The notes under the pieces were generated by a model. It worked only from the letters and a program-made list of their open reading frames with translations. It was not told the DNA's origin and did not search any database. The translations under genes and the position numbers were made by a program. A stretch of 64,000 nt of DNA from IMG/VR virus record IMGVR_UViG_3300025641_000004; one strand, written 5' to 3'. Below are positions 1 through 9,625 of this stretch, in pieces (the first letter of the stretch is position 1; every line of letters begins with the position of its first letter). The DNA is from an uncultured virus (IMG/VR IMGVR_UViG_3300025641_000004). Taxonomy: Duplodnaviria > Heunggongvirae > Uroviricota > Caudoviricetes.

Positions 1-60
1 AACGCCTGAGCTTTTACATTATTGGTTTGCAACATTCGTATCTTACGCTGTTACACTACT

Positions 61-696
61 ATGCGTTTCTTCATTACTTTAATTGTACTGACTTTACTAA
101 CTGGGTCCCTTCCTGCTTTCGAGCAGGGAGCGGACTTGCGTGTACAGCGTTTTCTTAATGCAGAAGTTAAGAAGCAATATATACCACAAGTTGATAAAGT
201 TGTTAGACGCATTTTATTAAATCAAAAACTATATAAGTGTGTTGATAGTAGAACAGATGTTCCTTGGTATGTTATTGCCAGCCTTCATAATATGGAAAGT
301 GGTGGATCATTTAAACACCATTTACATGAAGGGTCTCCATTATATGGTAGAACTCGTTGGGTACCAAAAGGTAGACCTAAAACCAGCGCTCCGCCATTTA
401 CGTGGGTAGAAAGTGCGCAGGACGCATTAAGCTATGATAAGATGGGTCAAAAACGTTGGGCATACTTATTTGATACTCTTTGGGCAGTTGAAGGTTATAA
501 TGGAACTGGCTATTGGAGGTACCATAGATCTACACCTTCGCCATATCTTTATGCTAAGACTTCTATTGAAAAGCCTGGGAAATATGTCTCAGATGGAAAG
601 TGGAGCAGCACAGCTCGTTCTAAACAAATTGGAGTTGCCGCGATTTGGAAAAGAATGGAAGATAAAAAGATTTTAAACTTTAAGTATTTAAAATAA
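61..696 (+). CDS. Secreted lysozyme-family peptidoglycan hydrolase (COG5526-like)
   Basis: Signal peptide MRFFITLIVLTLLTGSLPA; motifs VPWYVIASLHNMES, RTRWVPKGRP, EGYNGTGY, PSPYLYA, SKQIGVAA. Confidence 0.75.
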   Translation: MRFFITLIVLTLLTGSLPAFEQGADLRVQRFLNAEVKKQYIPQVDKVVRRILLNQKLYKCVDSRTDVPWYVIASLHNMESGGSFKHHLHEGSPLYGRTRWVPKGRPKTSAPPFTWVESAQDALSYDKMGQKRWAYLFDTLWAVEGYNGTGYWRYHRSTPSPYLYAKTSIEKPGKYVSDGKWSSTARSKQIGVAAIWKRMEDKKILNFKYLK

Positions 697-709
697 TTAC
701 ATTTTTTTA

Positions 710-738
710 TTTACATAATTCTATTCTTAGTGTATAAT
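710..738 (+). promoter_or_regulatory. Sigma70-type early promoter
   Basis: TTTACA(710-715)-N17-TATAAT(733-738); motif recurs about 10 times. Confidence 0.75.
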
Positions 739-830
739 ATAACTATGAGTTATTAAAGAAACCATAAAGGTTTAAAAACTAAACCCCGAAGGTTCCCGAA
801 GGGATCTTAAATAACAATAAATATATCATT

Positions 831-1019
831 ATGAAAACATCATTAAAAGATTTAAGGATAGATCTAGAAGACCATAAAAAACGATTAAAAGAATTAAGTA
901 ATAAAAAGACTGCGAAAGAATTAGATGAAAAGTTTGGAGTAAAGGCTCTTTATTTAATTCCTACTTATAAAAAGATTATTGGTAGTATAGAAAAAGAAAT
1001 TATAGAGCGTACTAAATAA
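831..1019 (+). CDS. Hypothetical protein
   Basis: 62-aa ORF after early promoter, tightly packed with next gene. Confidence 0.6.
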   Translation: MKTSLKDLRIDLEDHKKRLKELSNKKTAKELDEKFGVKALYLIPTYKKIIGSIEKEIIERTK

Positions 1020-1023
1020 AGTT

Positions 1024-1602
1024 ATGAACAAACCTAGACGTAAATTTTTAAAGTTATTTGGTTTAACAAGTTCAAGTTTATTTATTAGTAATTTACCAGT
1101 AGGTAGTGCTTTTATTCGTCATGAAGATTACAATAAAAAAGTAAAAGGAATTCCTGATGAATGGTTTATTTTAAATAATGATGTTTATAGATATGCGAAT
1201 TATATTTTAAAATTAAACTTAAAAAATATAACTCCAAGAATGGTAATTGCTCCACACTTTAAAACGCGCGGTAGAGTTAGAAATTCTATACCACCAAAGA
1301 AGTTATGGAAGAAGGTTGGCCCAACACTTAAGGTTATTGATAAGTTATGTAATGAGGTTGGATTACCGGTTAAAGAGATAGTCTCAGCATATAGAAGTCC
1401 CGAATATAACAAAGCAGTTCATGGTAATATAGGATCATACCATATGACGAATCAAGCCGTTGATGTTGTATTTAATAAAAGCTCTTGGCGAGTTGCTAAA
1501 GCCGCTAGAGTACTAAGAGATAACAAAACGTTTAAAGGCGGCATAGGAACTTATCGAGGGTTTGTACATATAGACACTCGTGGAAAAAACGCAGATTGGT
1601 AA
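1024..1602 (+). CDS. Peptidase M15A (D-Ala-D-Ala metallopeptidase) with Tat signal
   Basis: RRKFLK twin-arginine leader; SAYRSPEYN, SYHMTNQAVD, GGIGTYRGFVHIDTRG motifs. Confidence 0.85.
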   Translation: MNKPRRKFLKLFGLTSSSLFISNLPVGSAFIRHEDYNKKVKGIPDEWFILNNDVYRYANYILKLNLKNITPRMVIAPHFKTRGRVRNSIPPKKLWKKVGPTLKVIDKLCNEVGLPVKEIVSAYRSPEYNKAVHGNIGSYHMTNQAVDVVFNKSSWRVAKAARVLRDNKTFKGGIGTYRGFVHIDTRGKNADW

Positions 1603-1922
1603 TGGAAATCTCAATTGATAAACTAAGCGTTATAATGACGAGCGAGGAATATCCCTATTCGATTATTTCATATTTTCCTAGAGATTGTTCTAGTTTTGAA
1701 TCATATGACTTTTGGGAATGTAAAAGAAAAATTAATTCAATAAAGGAAAAACTAAAAGAGGTCATTGTTAATCAATATCTATTATCTTTTTCTGAGAATC
1801 CAAAGACTGGAGATATTATTGAAATCGAATGTGATGGAGATACCGATAACGTTATTAGTTGGTTACGATGGAAAGACAATTGGTATATTTCCGATATTAA
1901 AAACGAGCCTGTCAAAGTGTAG
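1602..1922 (+). CDS. Hypothetical protein
   Basis: ATG overlaps previous stop (TAATG). Confidence 0.6.
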   Translation: MEISIDKLSVIMTSEEYPYSIISYFPRDCSSFESYDFWECKRKINSIKEKLKEVIVNQYLLSFSENPKTGDIIEIECDGDTDNVISWLRWKDNWYISDIKNEPVKV

Positions 1923-1958
1923 AACTACATTATGTTTATTATTAATTAACATTTTTAA

Positions 1959-2630
1959 TTAGTTATACTTATAATTGAATTTATCTATTACCCATTTTTC
2001 TTTCTCTGCAACCATGTCTATTAACTCTTGAGTGTAATATTCAGTATGTGGTTTTTTATATGAGCTTTTATTAGAGTGTTTAAGTTTTGGGATTGAAGTT
2101 ATACCAACCGCATCACAGAATTTATAAAAATGATTATTATAATCTTCAAGGTTGCCAAGAAAATCTATAGCGATCTCATCGTTACTATCTAAAACATAAT
2201 TGTCTTGACTTGGGTTTGTTTTTATGATAAACTTTAAAAACTCTACTTCATTTCTATTGAAGTTATCAAATACTCTGCCACATTCTTTACCCTGAAGTCT
2301 TTTTAGAGGTTTCCAATTTTTAAGCTCTTCTTCCGTGGCGTTTTTATATTCATTGCCTTTGTTTATTTTATACATAAGGAAAGATACATATCTTTCCCAA
2401 GGATTTCTTAGAGTCGAAAAGGTGGTATATTGATTAAAATCCCAACCGCGTTTTTTAAATCCTCTTTCACAAGCATTCACTGTGCTATGCTGATAAAAAT
2501 CATCAAGATAATCGCCAGGATTACCAATAACATCAATAGGAATAACAGGTAAAAATGTCTCCCTTAGAGTTTTGGTTCCTGTCTTGGGTATGTCAATTGT
2601 TATGAATTTGTGTTTATGTGATATGAGCAT
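1959..2630 (-). CDS. Sulfotransferase family 2 protein
   Basis: MLISHKHKFITIDIPKTG (5'-PSB loop), LRNPWERYVS (3'-PB), HSNKS, YY..ELI..V. Confidence 0.85.
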   Translation of the reverse strand: MLISHKHKFITIDIPKTGTKTLRETFLPVIPIDVIGNPGDYLDDFYQHSTVNACERGFKKRGWDFNQYTTFSTLRNPWERYVSFLMYKINKGNEYKNATEEELKNWKPLKRLQGKECGRVFDNFNRNEVEFLKFIIKTNPSQDNYVLDSNDEIAIDFLGNLEDYNNHFYKFCDAVGITSIPKLKHSNKSSYKKPHTEYYTQELIDMVAEKEKWVIDKFNYKYN

Positions 2631-3322
2631 CTCTTAAATAAAATAGATTTGTAAAGTCTTGGAGTTCCATCAAACATTGGTTTGACTATTGTAACTTTTT
2701 CCATTTGAAATCCAATATCAAACATTATTTTTTCAATATCTTCTTGACATAGCATCCACCATGTTTTTCCGTTGTGGTTTTTGTATATAGTCGGTTTCTC
2801 ATTTTGAAATGGATTTATTAGGATAGCATGATCCTTAACTCTAAGAAGTATATTCATTAAGGTTAAAATTGGATCTCGTACATGAGAAAGCATGGTTCCA
2901 AAAACGGCCACATCAAAATAACCAATCTCATCAGGGAGCTGTTCGTAAATATTGGCTCTAAATATTTTGTTTTTAGATGAAAGTTTTTCATGAATATATT
3001 CATAACTATTAAAAAGACTTTCTGATGGTTTTGATTTAGGTTTATTATAGCCTGGATATATTAAGTGATCCCAATAACTACCATCTGGCATATCGAAAGA
3101 AACAACATCAGCGCCTTTCTTCTCCATTTCAAAAGATAAGTAACCCGAAGCAGATCCAATATCAATTACGCGCTTTCCTTTAAAATCAAAATTACTAAGG
3201 TAATCGTCTATACAGTTTGTAAGATCCCATTTCGCATTGATTTTGTCTTTACCATCAAAGTTAAATGTATGGTAAAATCGACAATCATTTATGTCTATAT
3301 TTTTTTTAGGTGTTATGTACAT
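2600..3322 (-). CDS. Class I SAM-dependent methyltransferase
   Basis: Motif I KRVIDIGSASGYLSFEM; FDVAVFGTMLSHVRDP. Confidence 0.85.
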   Translation of the reverse strand: MYITPKKNIDINDCRFYHTFNFDGKDKINAKWDLTNCIDDYLSNFDFKGKRVIDIGSASGYLSFEMEKKGADVVSFDMPDGSYWDHLIYPGYNKPKSKPSESLFNSYEYIHEKLSSKNKIFRANIYEQLPDEIGYFDVAVFGTMLSHVRDPILTLMNILLRVKDHAILINPFQNEKPTIYKNHNGKTWWMLCQEDIEKIMFDIGFQMEKVTIVKPMFDGTPRLYKSILFKRCSYHINTNS

Positions 3323-3326
3323 TGTT

Positions 3327-4163
3327 TTATATTTTTTTATATTTGTTAAATAATAATTGATCCCACTTTGTTTGGTTGTTGAAGTTGTCTTTAGTTTCCT
3401 CGCTCAAACAATTAAAATCATACGTAATCTTTTCCTTTGTTTTATTTGAAAAAGGTTTTATAACATTTTGTAATCGTTGGGGTAAGCTGCAATCCTTAAC
3501 GTTTAAACATGTATATAACACTTTGGAAATAAGTTTATCTACACCTGTGATATCATCAATTAAAAACCCGTCTAGTATTTCGCAGGTTTTTTCGAAATCG
3601 TTACTAGTTATCGGTATTTTATTAGGTATATGTAGTAAAGTCCTAATAAGCCAAGAACCCTCTAAATAAGGAGAGTTTAAATATTCAACAAATGTCATGT
3701 CGCCAAAAATACCGTGCTTGGATTCGTGGGAGGATTGTGAGGATTTTAAATAACTAAATAGCGACAAAACCCTTTCATATGGATCTCTTAAAACCAAGAA
3801 CTCATAAAATTTTGTATTTTTGTCTAGTTTTTTGTATATGTCTTCTTTGTATATACCAAAACTAAGATCGCATACCACTATAAAATAAACAGTTAAATCA
3901 TTAAAATCTAGATCTTCATAGTCAACACTTTTATCAATCCAACAACCTGCGTCTTTATATTTGTCATTCAGCTCTTTTTTTGCAGAGCAAACTATACGGT
4001 ATACAGTTTTGCCTTCTCTTTTGACTGCTAAGTTGTATGTTGTTAGATCTTTTGTGTTTAATAATCTAATCACATGAAAGGCTTTATTATATACATACGT
4101 TCCTGCGTTCTTAGGTATGTGAAAAAACACTGGAATTTTTTCTATAGTATTTTTTTTAATCAT
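3327..4163 (-). CDS. Sulfotransferase family protein
   Basis: FFHIPKNAGT (5'-PSB), LRDPYERVLSLFSY (3'-PB), C-terminal D..LF. Confidence 0.8.
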   Translation of the reverse strand: MIKKNTIEKIPVFFHIPKNAGTYVYNKAFHVIRLLNTKDLTTYNLAVKREGKTVYRIVCSAKKELNDKYKDAGCWIDKSVDYEDLDFNDLTVYFIVVCDLSFGIYKEDIYKKLDKNTKFYEFLVLRDPYERVLSLFSYLKSSQSSHESKHGIFGDMTFVEYLNSPYLEGSWLIRTLLHIPNKIPITSNDFEKTCEILDGFLIDDITGVDKLISKVLYTCLNVKDCSLPQRLQNVIKPFSNKTKEKITYDFNCLSEETKDNFNNQTKWDQLLFNKYKKI

Positions 4164-4205
4164 GTAACTTTAAATATATAGTATATATAACGGTAGTTAA
4201 TTTTA

Positions 4206-4234
4206 TTTACATCTATGTATAAATAATATATAAT
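4206..4234 (+). promoter_or_regulatory. Early promoter, likely leaderless ligase transcript
   Basis: TTTACA-N17-TATAAT; ATG begins 7 nt after the -10; a TATAAATA also lies in the spacer. Confidence 0.7.
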
Positions 4235-4240
4235 AATACT

Positions 4241-5371
4241 ATGAAGTTAGATACATTATATTCCAGAGCAACAACTGGAGCTCTTCGCGAATGGACTGTT
4301 GAATATGAAGAAGGAAAATTCCGAACTCATTCTGGTCAAATTGGCGGTAAGATTACAACATCAAAATGGTATTCTGTAACTGCAATGAATGTTGGTAGAT
4401 CAAATGAGAGAGGCTTACTTGAACAATCTAAATTCCAAGCAGAAGCTAAATGGAAAAAGAAAGTTGATGGCGGTTATACTCCAGATTTAAAATCTGTTGA
4501 TGTTAGTACTCTTTTTATTAAAGCAATGCTAGCAAAGAAGTGGGAAGATCGAAAAGATAAAATTGAATATCCAGTTTATACTCAACCAAAACTCGATGGT
4601 ATGAGAGCTATTATTACAAAGGATGGAGCAAAGTCTCGTAATGGAAAACCATGGGTTACTATTCCACATATTTTAAAATCATTAGAACCAATATTTAAAG
4701 TTTACCCAAATCTTGTATTGGATGGCGAACTATATAATCATGAGTATAAAGAAGACTTTAATACAATCAGTTCATTAGCTAAAAAGACAAAACCAACTGA
4801 ACAAGATCTAAAAGATTCTGCTGATAAACTTCAGTTCTGGTGGTATGATATTATTCCAGTTGACGGATTTTGTGAAGAAGATACTATCTTTTCTGATAGG
4901 TTTAAAGAAATGGTAAATCTTAGTAATGAATATAAACTAAGTGGTATTATATTAGTTCCAACTTATTATCACGATTCTGAAGAAGACCTTAATAACAATT
5001 ACAAAGACTTTATTGAACTTGGATATGAAGGAGGCATGGTTCGCCTTAATTCAAAATATGATCGTAAGCGAAGTAACTCTCTTTTAAAGCGCAAAGACTT
5101 TACTGATTCAGAATATAAGATTGTTTCTATTGAAGAAGGGAAAGGCAATAAAACAAATATGGCAGGATTTATGGTTCTTGAGAAAAGTGATGGAACTCAA
5201 TTTCATTCAAACATTAAAGGTAATCATGAGTTTCTAAAAAACCTGCTAGTTGAAAAGGAAACTTATATTGGATCATATGCGACTTGTACTTATTTTAACT
5301 TAACTCCAGATGGAATTCCAAGATTTCCTTATGTCACTCGTCTGCGAGATGGCGAAGGTGTTGACAATTAA
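4241..5371 (+). CDS. gp30: ATP-dependent DNA ligase
   Basis: QPKLDGMRA (motif I), LDGELY, GYEGGMVR, LLKRK, GIPRFP. Confidence 0.93.
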   Translation: MKLDTLYSRATTGALREWTVEYEEGKFRTHSGQIGGKITTSKWYSVTAMNVGRSNERGLLEQSKFQAEAKWKKKVDGGYTPDLKSVDVSTLFIKAMLAKKWEDRKDKIEYPVYTQPKLDGMRAIITKDGAKSRNGKPWVTIPHILKSLEPIFKVYPNLVLDGELYNHEYKEDFNTISSLAKKTKPTEQDLKDSADKLQFWWYDIIPVDGFCEEDTIFSDRFKEMVNLSNEYKLSGIILVPTYYHDSEEDLNNNYKDFIELGYEGGMVRLNSKYDRKRSNSLLKRKDFTDSEYKIVSIEEGKGNKTNMAGFMVLEKSDGTQFHSNIKGNHEFLKNLLVEKETYIGSYATCTYFNLTPDGIPRFPYVTRLRDGEGVDN

Positions 5372-5375
5372 ATTT

Positions 5376-5383
5376 TATAAATA
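5376..5383 (+). promoter_or_regulatory. T4-type late promoter
   Basis: TATAAATA just upstream of the structural gene at 5393. Confidence 0.7.
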
Positions 5384-5392
5384 ACTATTAAT

Positions 5393-7267
5393 ATGGCTAT
5401 TAATTTTCCACCCCCAACAACTATTGGGGAAATATATACAGATCCCGCAAGTTCCAGAACATGGAAATGGAACGGTAAAGCATGGGAAGGCCTTACTAGT
5501 TCTCTGGCGAAATCAGTGGCTTACACAGCAGCAGGCACGGGAGCGGTAGACAGGGACGTAGAAACCAAGCTACGTGAGACTTTTAGCGTAACAGATTACG
5601 GTACTGTGGGTGACGGTGTTGCGGATGATCGTGCTGCAATACAGGACGCTATTGACGCCGCTGAATTACTACTTCCTGGTCCTACAGCCGGTACTATCGT
5701 CACTCGCCGCGCATGCGCTGTAGTCGACCTTGCTGGTGGTTTGTATCGTATAACTGACACATTGTTAATAAGCAGACCAATCATCTTCCAGAACGGAACG
5801 CTAATAGCTACAACGGCAATGGCTGGCGATACCACTCCGGGAGCCGGGGCAACCTATATGTTGTATTGCAATGCAAACGCAGATCATGTGACAGTCAGAA
5901 ACATCAATATTGATGGAGGAACTGACGGAGATGAGGCAACAGCTACGGCTAACCTTAACGACTTAATTTTATCATTGGCAATGGGTGCTACTTACGACAA
6001 CGTTAACTTTTCTCACTATAACGATATTGGCATATACATTGGGAACGGAGCTGGTCAGATTGTCAAGGACTGCACTTTTCAGAAATGGGATTTGGTGAAT
6101 ACTACTGCAATCGGTGATGATTTATATTGGGCAGGCGTCGCAGTTAAAATTCAAATTGCAAGATCCCGAGTTGAGTCATGTCTCTTCCGTAGCTGTGCAA
6201 CTTGCGTAGAAACAAATAGTAAAACTTGTTTGATTTCAAATTGCATGTTTAATGCTAACCAATACGGTACGCCAATTAATGGCAGCGGGGCTCCGAGATT
6301 AGGAGTAAACATAACCGCGTCTGCTACTTCCTCAATCACAAACAATATATTTTCTGGCTGTATAGCGTCCCTGTTCACCCATAATCATTCAATAATAGGT
6401 AATAACTTCGTTGCTTATGACTCAAGTCTTTCTGGTGGTGCTATACGTATGACCACGGGAACAGTAGGAGAAAAACTTGAGACTATTGTAGCAAATAATA
6501 AGTTCGCCACTTCTTATACTGACATCATAGACTTCCAGACAACTGGTAGTGGATCTTATGTCGATGACCTCGACCTAGAAATACAGTGGGCAGGAAACTT
6601 AAAAGAGGACGGTTCAACCGCTTGGTATGATGCTAAGTTCGGTGCTGGTAATATAATTAGCAATGGTAAGTTTGTAGAACCATCAGTCACAGGCACAGCA
6701 ACCTTTACCAACTCAACCAACACGATAGCACTAAATGGTGTCGGTCTACTAGAAGGACTGGCTGTCGGTGATGTCATTGAGGTGACGGGATCAACCTCTG
6801 GCAATAACGACAAGGCGTTTACCGTAACCAACATTGTCAGTGGCGCTCTTGTCGAAGTTAATGACGCTCACGCTAACAAGACATGGACTGCTGCAAACAA
6901 GACTCTTGAAGAGCAGCCTAATGTCAGTGGTGTCACAGTAACACTAGCCTGTAAGGCTAGAAACGCTCCACTAGGATACGGGCAGGGGTGGGTGGATGTT
7001 CTTTCTGCTCGCAGTCCCTTTACCAATTATAATAACTTTACTGGGCGAACCATTGTAGCAGCCATCAGAGGCACTGCGAGCGCACAATTTGGCGCTTTAG
7101 ATCTACGCTTTGATGGGCTGATAATAGACAATTCAGTGGCTTCATCAATTAGCGAAATCATTAGCGTTCAAGCTGTAATACCTACCACTCCTGCACTGGT
7201 CTACTACAGGAGCGAAGCTGCGAATATAATATTTGGCACTTTAGGGACTTGGCACGAACTAAGATAG
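5393..7267 (+). CDS. Tailspike/fibre with pectate-lyase-like beta-helix
   Basis: MAINFP..WKWNGKAW anchor; SVTDYGTVGDGVADDRAAIQ.AID; beta-helix repeats (ITNNIF, IIGNNF, VANNKF); fibre-type C-terminus WHELR. Confidence 0.8.
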   Translation: MAINFPPPTTIGEIYTDPASSRTWKWNGKAWEGLTSSLAKSVAYTAAGTGAVDRDVETKLRETFSVTDYGTVGDGVADDRAAIQDAIDAAELLLPGPTAGTIVTRRACAVVDLAGGLYRITDTLLISRPIIFQNGTLIATTAMAGDTTPGAGATYMLYCNANADHVTVRNINIDGGTDGDEATATANLNDLILSLAMGATYDNVNFSHYNDIGIYIGNGAGQIVKDCTFQKWDLVNTTAIGDDLYWAGVAVKIQIARSRVESCLFRSCATCVETNSKTCLISNCMFNANQYGTPINGSGAPRLGVNITASATSSITNNIFSGCIASLFTHNHSIIGNNFVAYDSSLSGGAIRMTTGTVGEKLETIVANNKFATSYTDIIDFQTTGSGSYVDDLDLEIQWAGNLKEDGSTAWYDAKFGAGNIISNGKFVEPSVTGTATFTNSTNTIALNGVGLLEGLAVGDVIEVTGSTSGNNDKAFTVTNIVSGALVEVNDAHANKTWTAANKTLEEQPNVSGVTVTLACKARNAPLGYGQGWVDVLSARSPFTNYNNFTGRTIVAAIRGTASAQFGALDLRFDGLIIDNSVASSISEIISVQAVIPTTPALVYYRSEAANIIFGTLGTWHELR

Positions 7268-7274
7268 AAACATA

Positions 7275-7721
7275 ATGAAAACTACCGTAACCATGATTCC
7301 CAAAATATACATAGATCCTCAAGGAGAAAGATTCGCAGTTGATGATTCTCGCCCAGAACTCATCCAAAATGACTGGTCGCTATGCGTTCGTAAAGACGAT
7401 GGCACGTATGCCGACAACTATAACGTAGATGGCACACCAGCGCCAGATGATCCAATAGATCCAAGTGCAGTTAAGAGTGAAGCGGGTCGTAGAATAGTAG
7501 CCATCTGCCCAGAATGGAAACAGCGGAACCATATCGCAACCGATTTAACTTACACTAAGATTATTCAAAGCGGGGGAACACTTACTACTGAACAAGAATC
7601 TGATAGAGCAGAGATGGAAGCAGTATGGACAACAATTCAAGGTATTCGTACTAAGTCTGATGAGATTGAAGCTATGTCTCCTATTCCTGCAGATTATAAA
7701 GATGACTCTTATTGGGTTTAA
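7275..7721 (+). CDS. Tail fibre assembly/accessory protein
   Basis: Follows fibre gene; VKSEAGRRI..CPEWKQRN and IPADYKDDSYW motifs. Confidence 0.6.
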   Translation: MKTTVTMIPKIYIDPQGERFAVDDSRPELIQNDWSLCVRKDDGTYADNYNVDGTPAPDDPIDPSAVKSEAGRRIVAICPEWKQRNHIATDLTYTKIIQSGGTLTTEQESDRAEMEAVWTTIQGIRTKSDEIEAMSPIPADYKDDSYWV

Positions 7722-7740
7722 TAAATAAATAAATGAGTAT

Positions 7741-8193
7741 ATGAAACATTTAATTAACGCGGCAGCTAAAATGCTATTTGAAAAAACATTAGGATCTGAA
7801 GAGAACGATTTTTATGATATTGAAGTTGATCAAAAGACTGGTAATATTATTAGTGTAGTTCCAAAGGAGTCTAATACAAATCCCGAAGCAAAAAAGATTG
7901 CTGCTGAAATTTTAAAAGGATTGGCAAAACAAAAAACTCAAAGAGAAGATATTCAAGAACAAGTGCGCGTTAAAGCAAAAACCAAAACGGTTCAACGTAT
8001 AATGGATCAATATATCGGTATTTCTGATGCTGAAGTAATTGAAGATCTACTTTCAACTCTTGCAAAGTATCAAGAAGAGACCGCAAAGGAAATCGCAGAT
8101 CAATCTGGTAAAGAGTTTGCAACCGCATTCTTTAAATCCGCTCAGGCATTAAAACTTGCTGCTAAAGAATTATCAAAAAGACAAGGAAACTAA
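7741..8193 (+). CDS. Putative internal head protein
   Basis: Late-type AT-rich upstream; charged; LFE/IQE candidate protease sites. Confidence 0.45.
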   Translation: MKHLINAAAKMLFEKTLGSEENDFYDIEVDQKTGNIISVVPKESNTNPEAKKIAAEILKGLAKQKTQREDIQEQVRVKAKTKTVQRIMDQYIGISDAEVIEDLLSTLAKYQEETAKEIADQSGKEFATAFFKSAQALKLAAKELSKRQGN

Positions 8194-8194
8194 T

Positions 8195-9625
8195 ATGAAA
8201 AACGGAAAAATTAAAGTAGGGTCAATTGTAAAAGCATTGGCGGGGCCGCACAAAGGAGAAGATCATACGGTGATTGCGATGACAGGAAATGGCGTTTATA
8301 ATATTACACCAGTTAATAGAAAAAATGTAAAGTATCGTCTTGGAGCTGCAGGTGCAAAGGAAAAAGATTTAGAACTTGTAAAAGAAGAGTCTGACTATAT
8401 ACCAGAAGAAACTTTAAACGAATCAACCGAGGTTTATAATAAAAAGGGTGTTGTTATTACTCGATGGAATATGGGATTTGATTCTCCTTTAAAGGGCAGA
8501 AACACGGCCTTTCAAATCGGTGCAGGAACTCTTGGAAAAAGAAGTGTGAGAGATAACTATGTTCACTTGACTGCTGATCAAATGACACAACTTAGTAAAG
8601 ACATCAAGAGTATAAAGCTTAATGAAGATACAGATATATCAGAAGCAAGTAAAATCAATTATCCATTTGCATATGGTTATCTTGATTCTGTCATGAAAGA
8701 TTTTATACCTCTTGCTAAAAGAGAAAAACTTAATCTTGATCCAGCACAATTAAAAGAAGTTCAAAAATTTATTGATAAACTTCGTAAAGAAGCTTATGTT
8801 AAAGCAGAAAAAGCATATAAAGATTTTAAGAGGAATGAAGAGGTTGAAGTTGGCGAAGACGCTGAATTGAATGAAGGCTTACGTCATATAAAGACTGCTA
8901 ACTTTAAAAAAGGAACTAAACTTTTTAATGATATCATGGGTCATTTTAAACTTGGAGGTCGTTTAAATAAAGAACTTGACGATGCTTCAGATGGAGAACT
9001 TAATAAAAAGTACGATGAAATGTATAAGCATCTTCGTATGGCCGGTGAAATTTTTGATGATCTTGAAGCAGATACTAAAATGATTGAGAGCGTTGATCTT
9101 GTAGAATTGGATTTATCAATTGATAAGTTTGTTGCTGTCGCTAAAGGAACTAAAACAAAAAATAAGTTCTTTGTATTTAATAATAAAGGACAAGTTTATC
9201 ATACGGCTCCAACTCTTGATAAAGCTAAAAAACTCAGCGCTGAATATAAAAAGAACCCAGAAGAAATGGGAACGGCCACTATACTTGATTTAACTAAAGG
9301 AAAGATTGTTGAGAGCGTTGAGCTTGAAGAGAATGCTGAAGTTGCTCGTATTACTAAACTTGCTCTAAGTATGAAGGTTGGTGATAAAACTAACTTTGGA
9401 GTAATTAAGAAAATGGGTAAAGATTATATTACAGTAAAAGCAAAGGATACTCCTGAAACTAAACTCAAGTTTAATCAACGTAAGAGCGGAGGTCGATATG
9501 TTCTTTCATTGCTTTCTCTAATGGAAGACACTATTGTAAATGAAAACGTGCCGCATATAAAATATCGTAATGATTCTTTGGTTAATGCTGCTAATAAGAT
9601 TTTAAATCAAAAAAATGATAAATGA
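8195..9625 (+). CDS. Putative internal head polyprotein with repeated (L/I)xE sites
   Basis: ATG at 8195; Lys-rich segments separated by LNE, ISE, IESVDLVE, VESVELEE, LME, VNE. Confidence 0.5.
   Translation: MKNGKIKVGSIVKALAGPHKGEDHTVIAMTGNGVYNITPVNRKNVKYRLGAAGAKEKDLELVKEESDYIPEETLNESTEVYNKKGVVITRWNMGFDSPLKGRNTAFQIGAGTLGKRSVRDNYVHLTADQMTQLSKDIKSIKLNEDTDISEASKINYPFAYGYLDSVMKDFIPLAKREKLNLDPAQLKEVQKFIDKLRKEAYVKAEKAYKDFKRNEEVEVGEDAELNEGLRHIKTANFKKGTKLFNDIMGHFKLGGRLNKELDDASDGELNKKYDEMYKHLRMAGEIFDDLEADTKMIESVDLVELDLSIDKFVAVAKGTKTKNKFFVFNNKGQVYHTAPTLDKAKKLSAEYKKNPEEMGTATILDLTKGKIVESVELEENAEVARITKLALSMKVGDKTNFGVIKKMGKDYITVKAKDTPETKLKFNQRKSGGRYVLSLLSLMEDTIVNENVPHIKYRNDSLVNAANKILNQKNDK

Noticed and set aside
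5596..6834. Short minus-strand ORFs within the tailspike, and similar nested ORFs in other structural genes
   Set aside because: Antisense or alternate-frame artefacts without recognisable features
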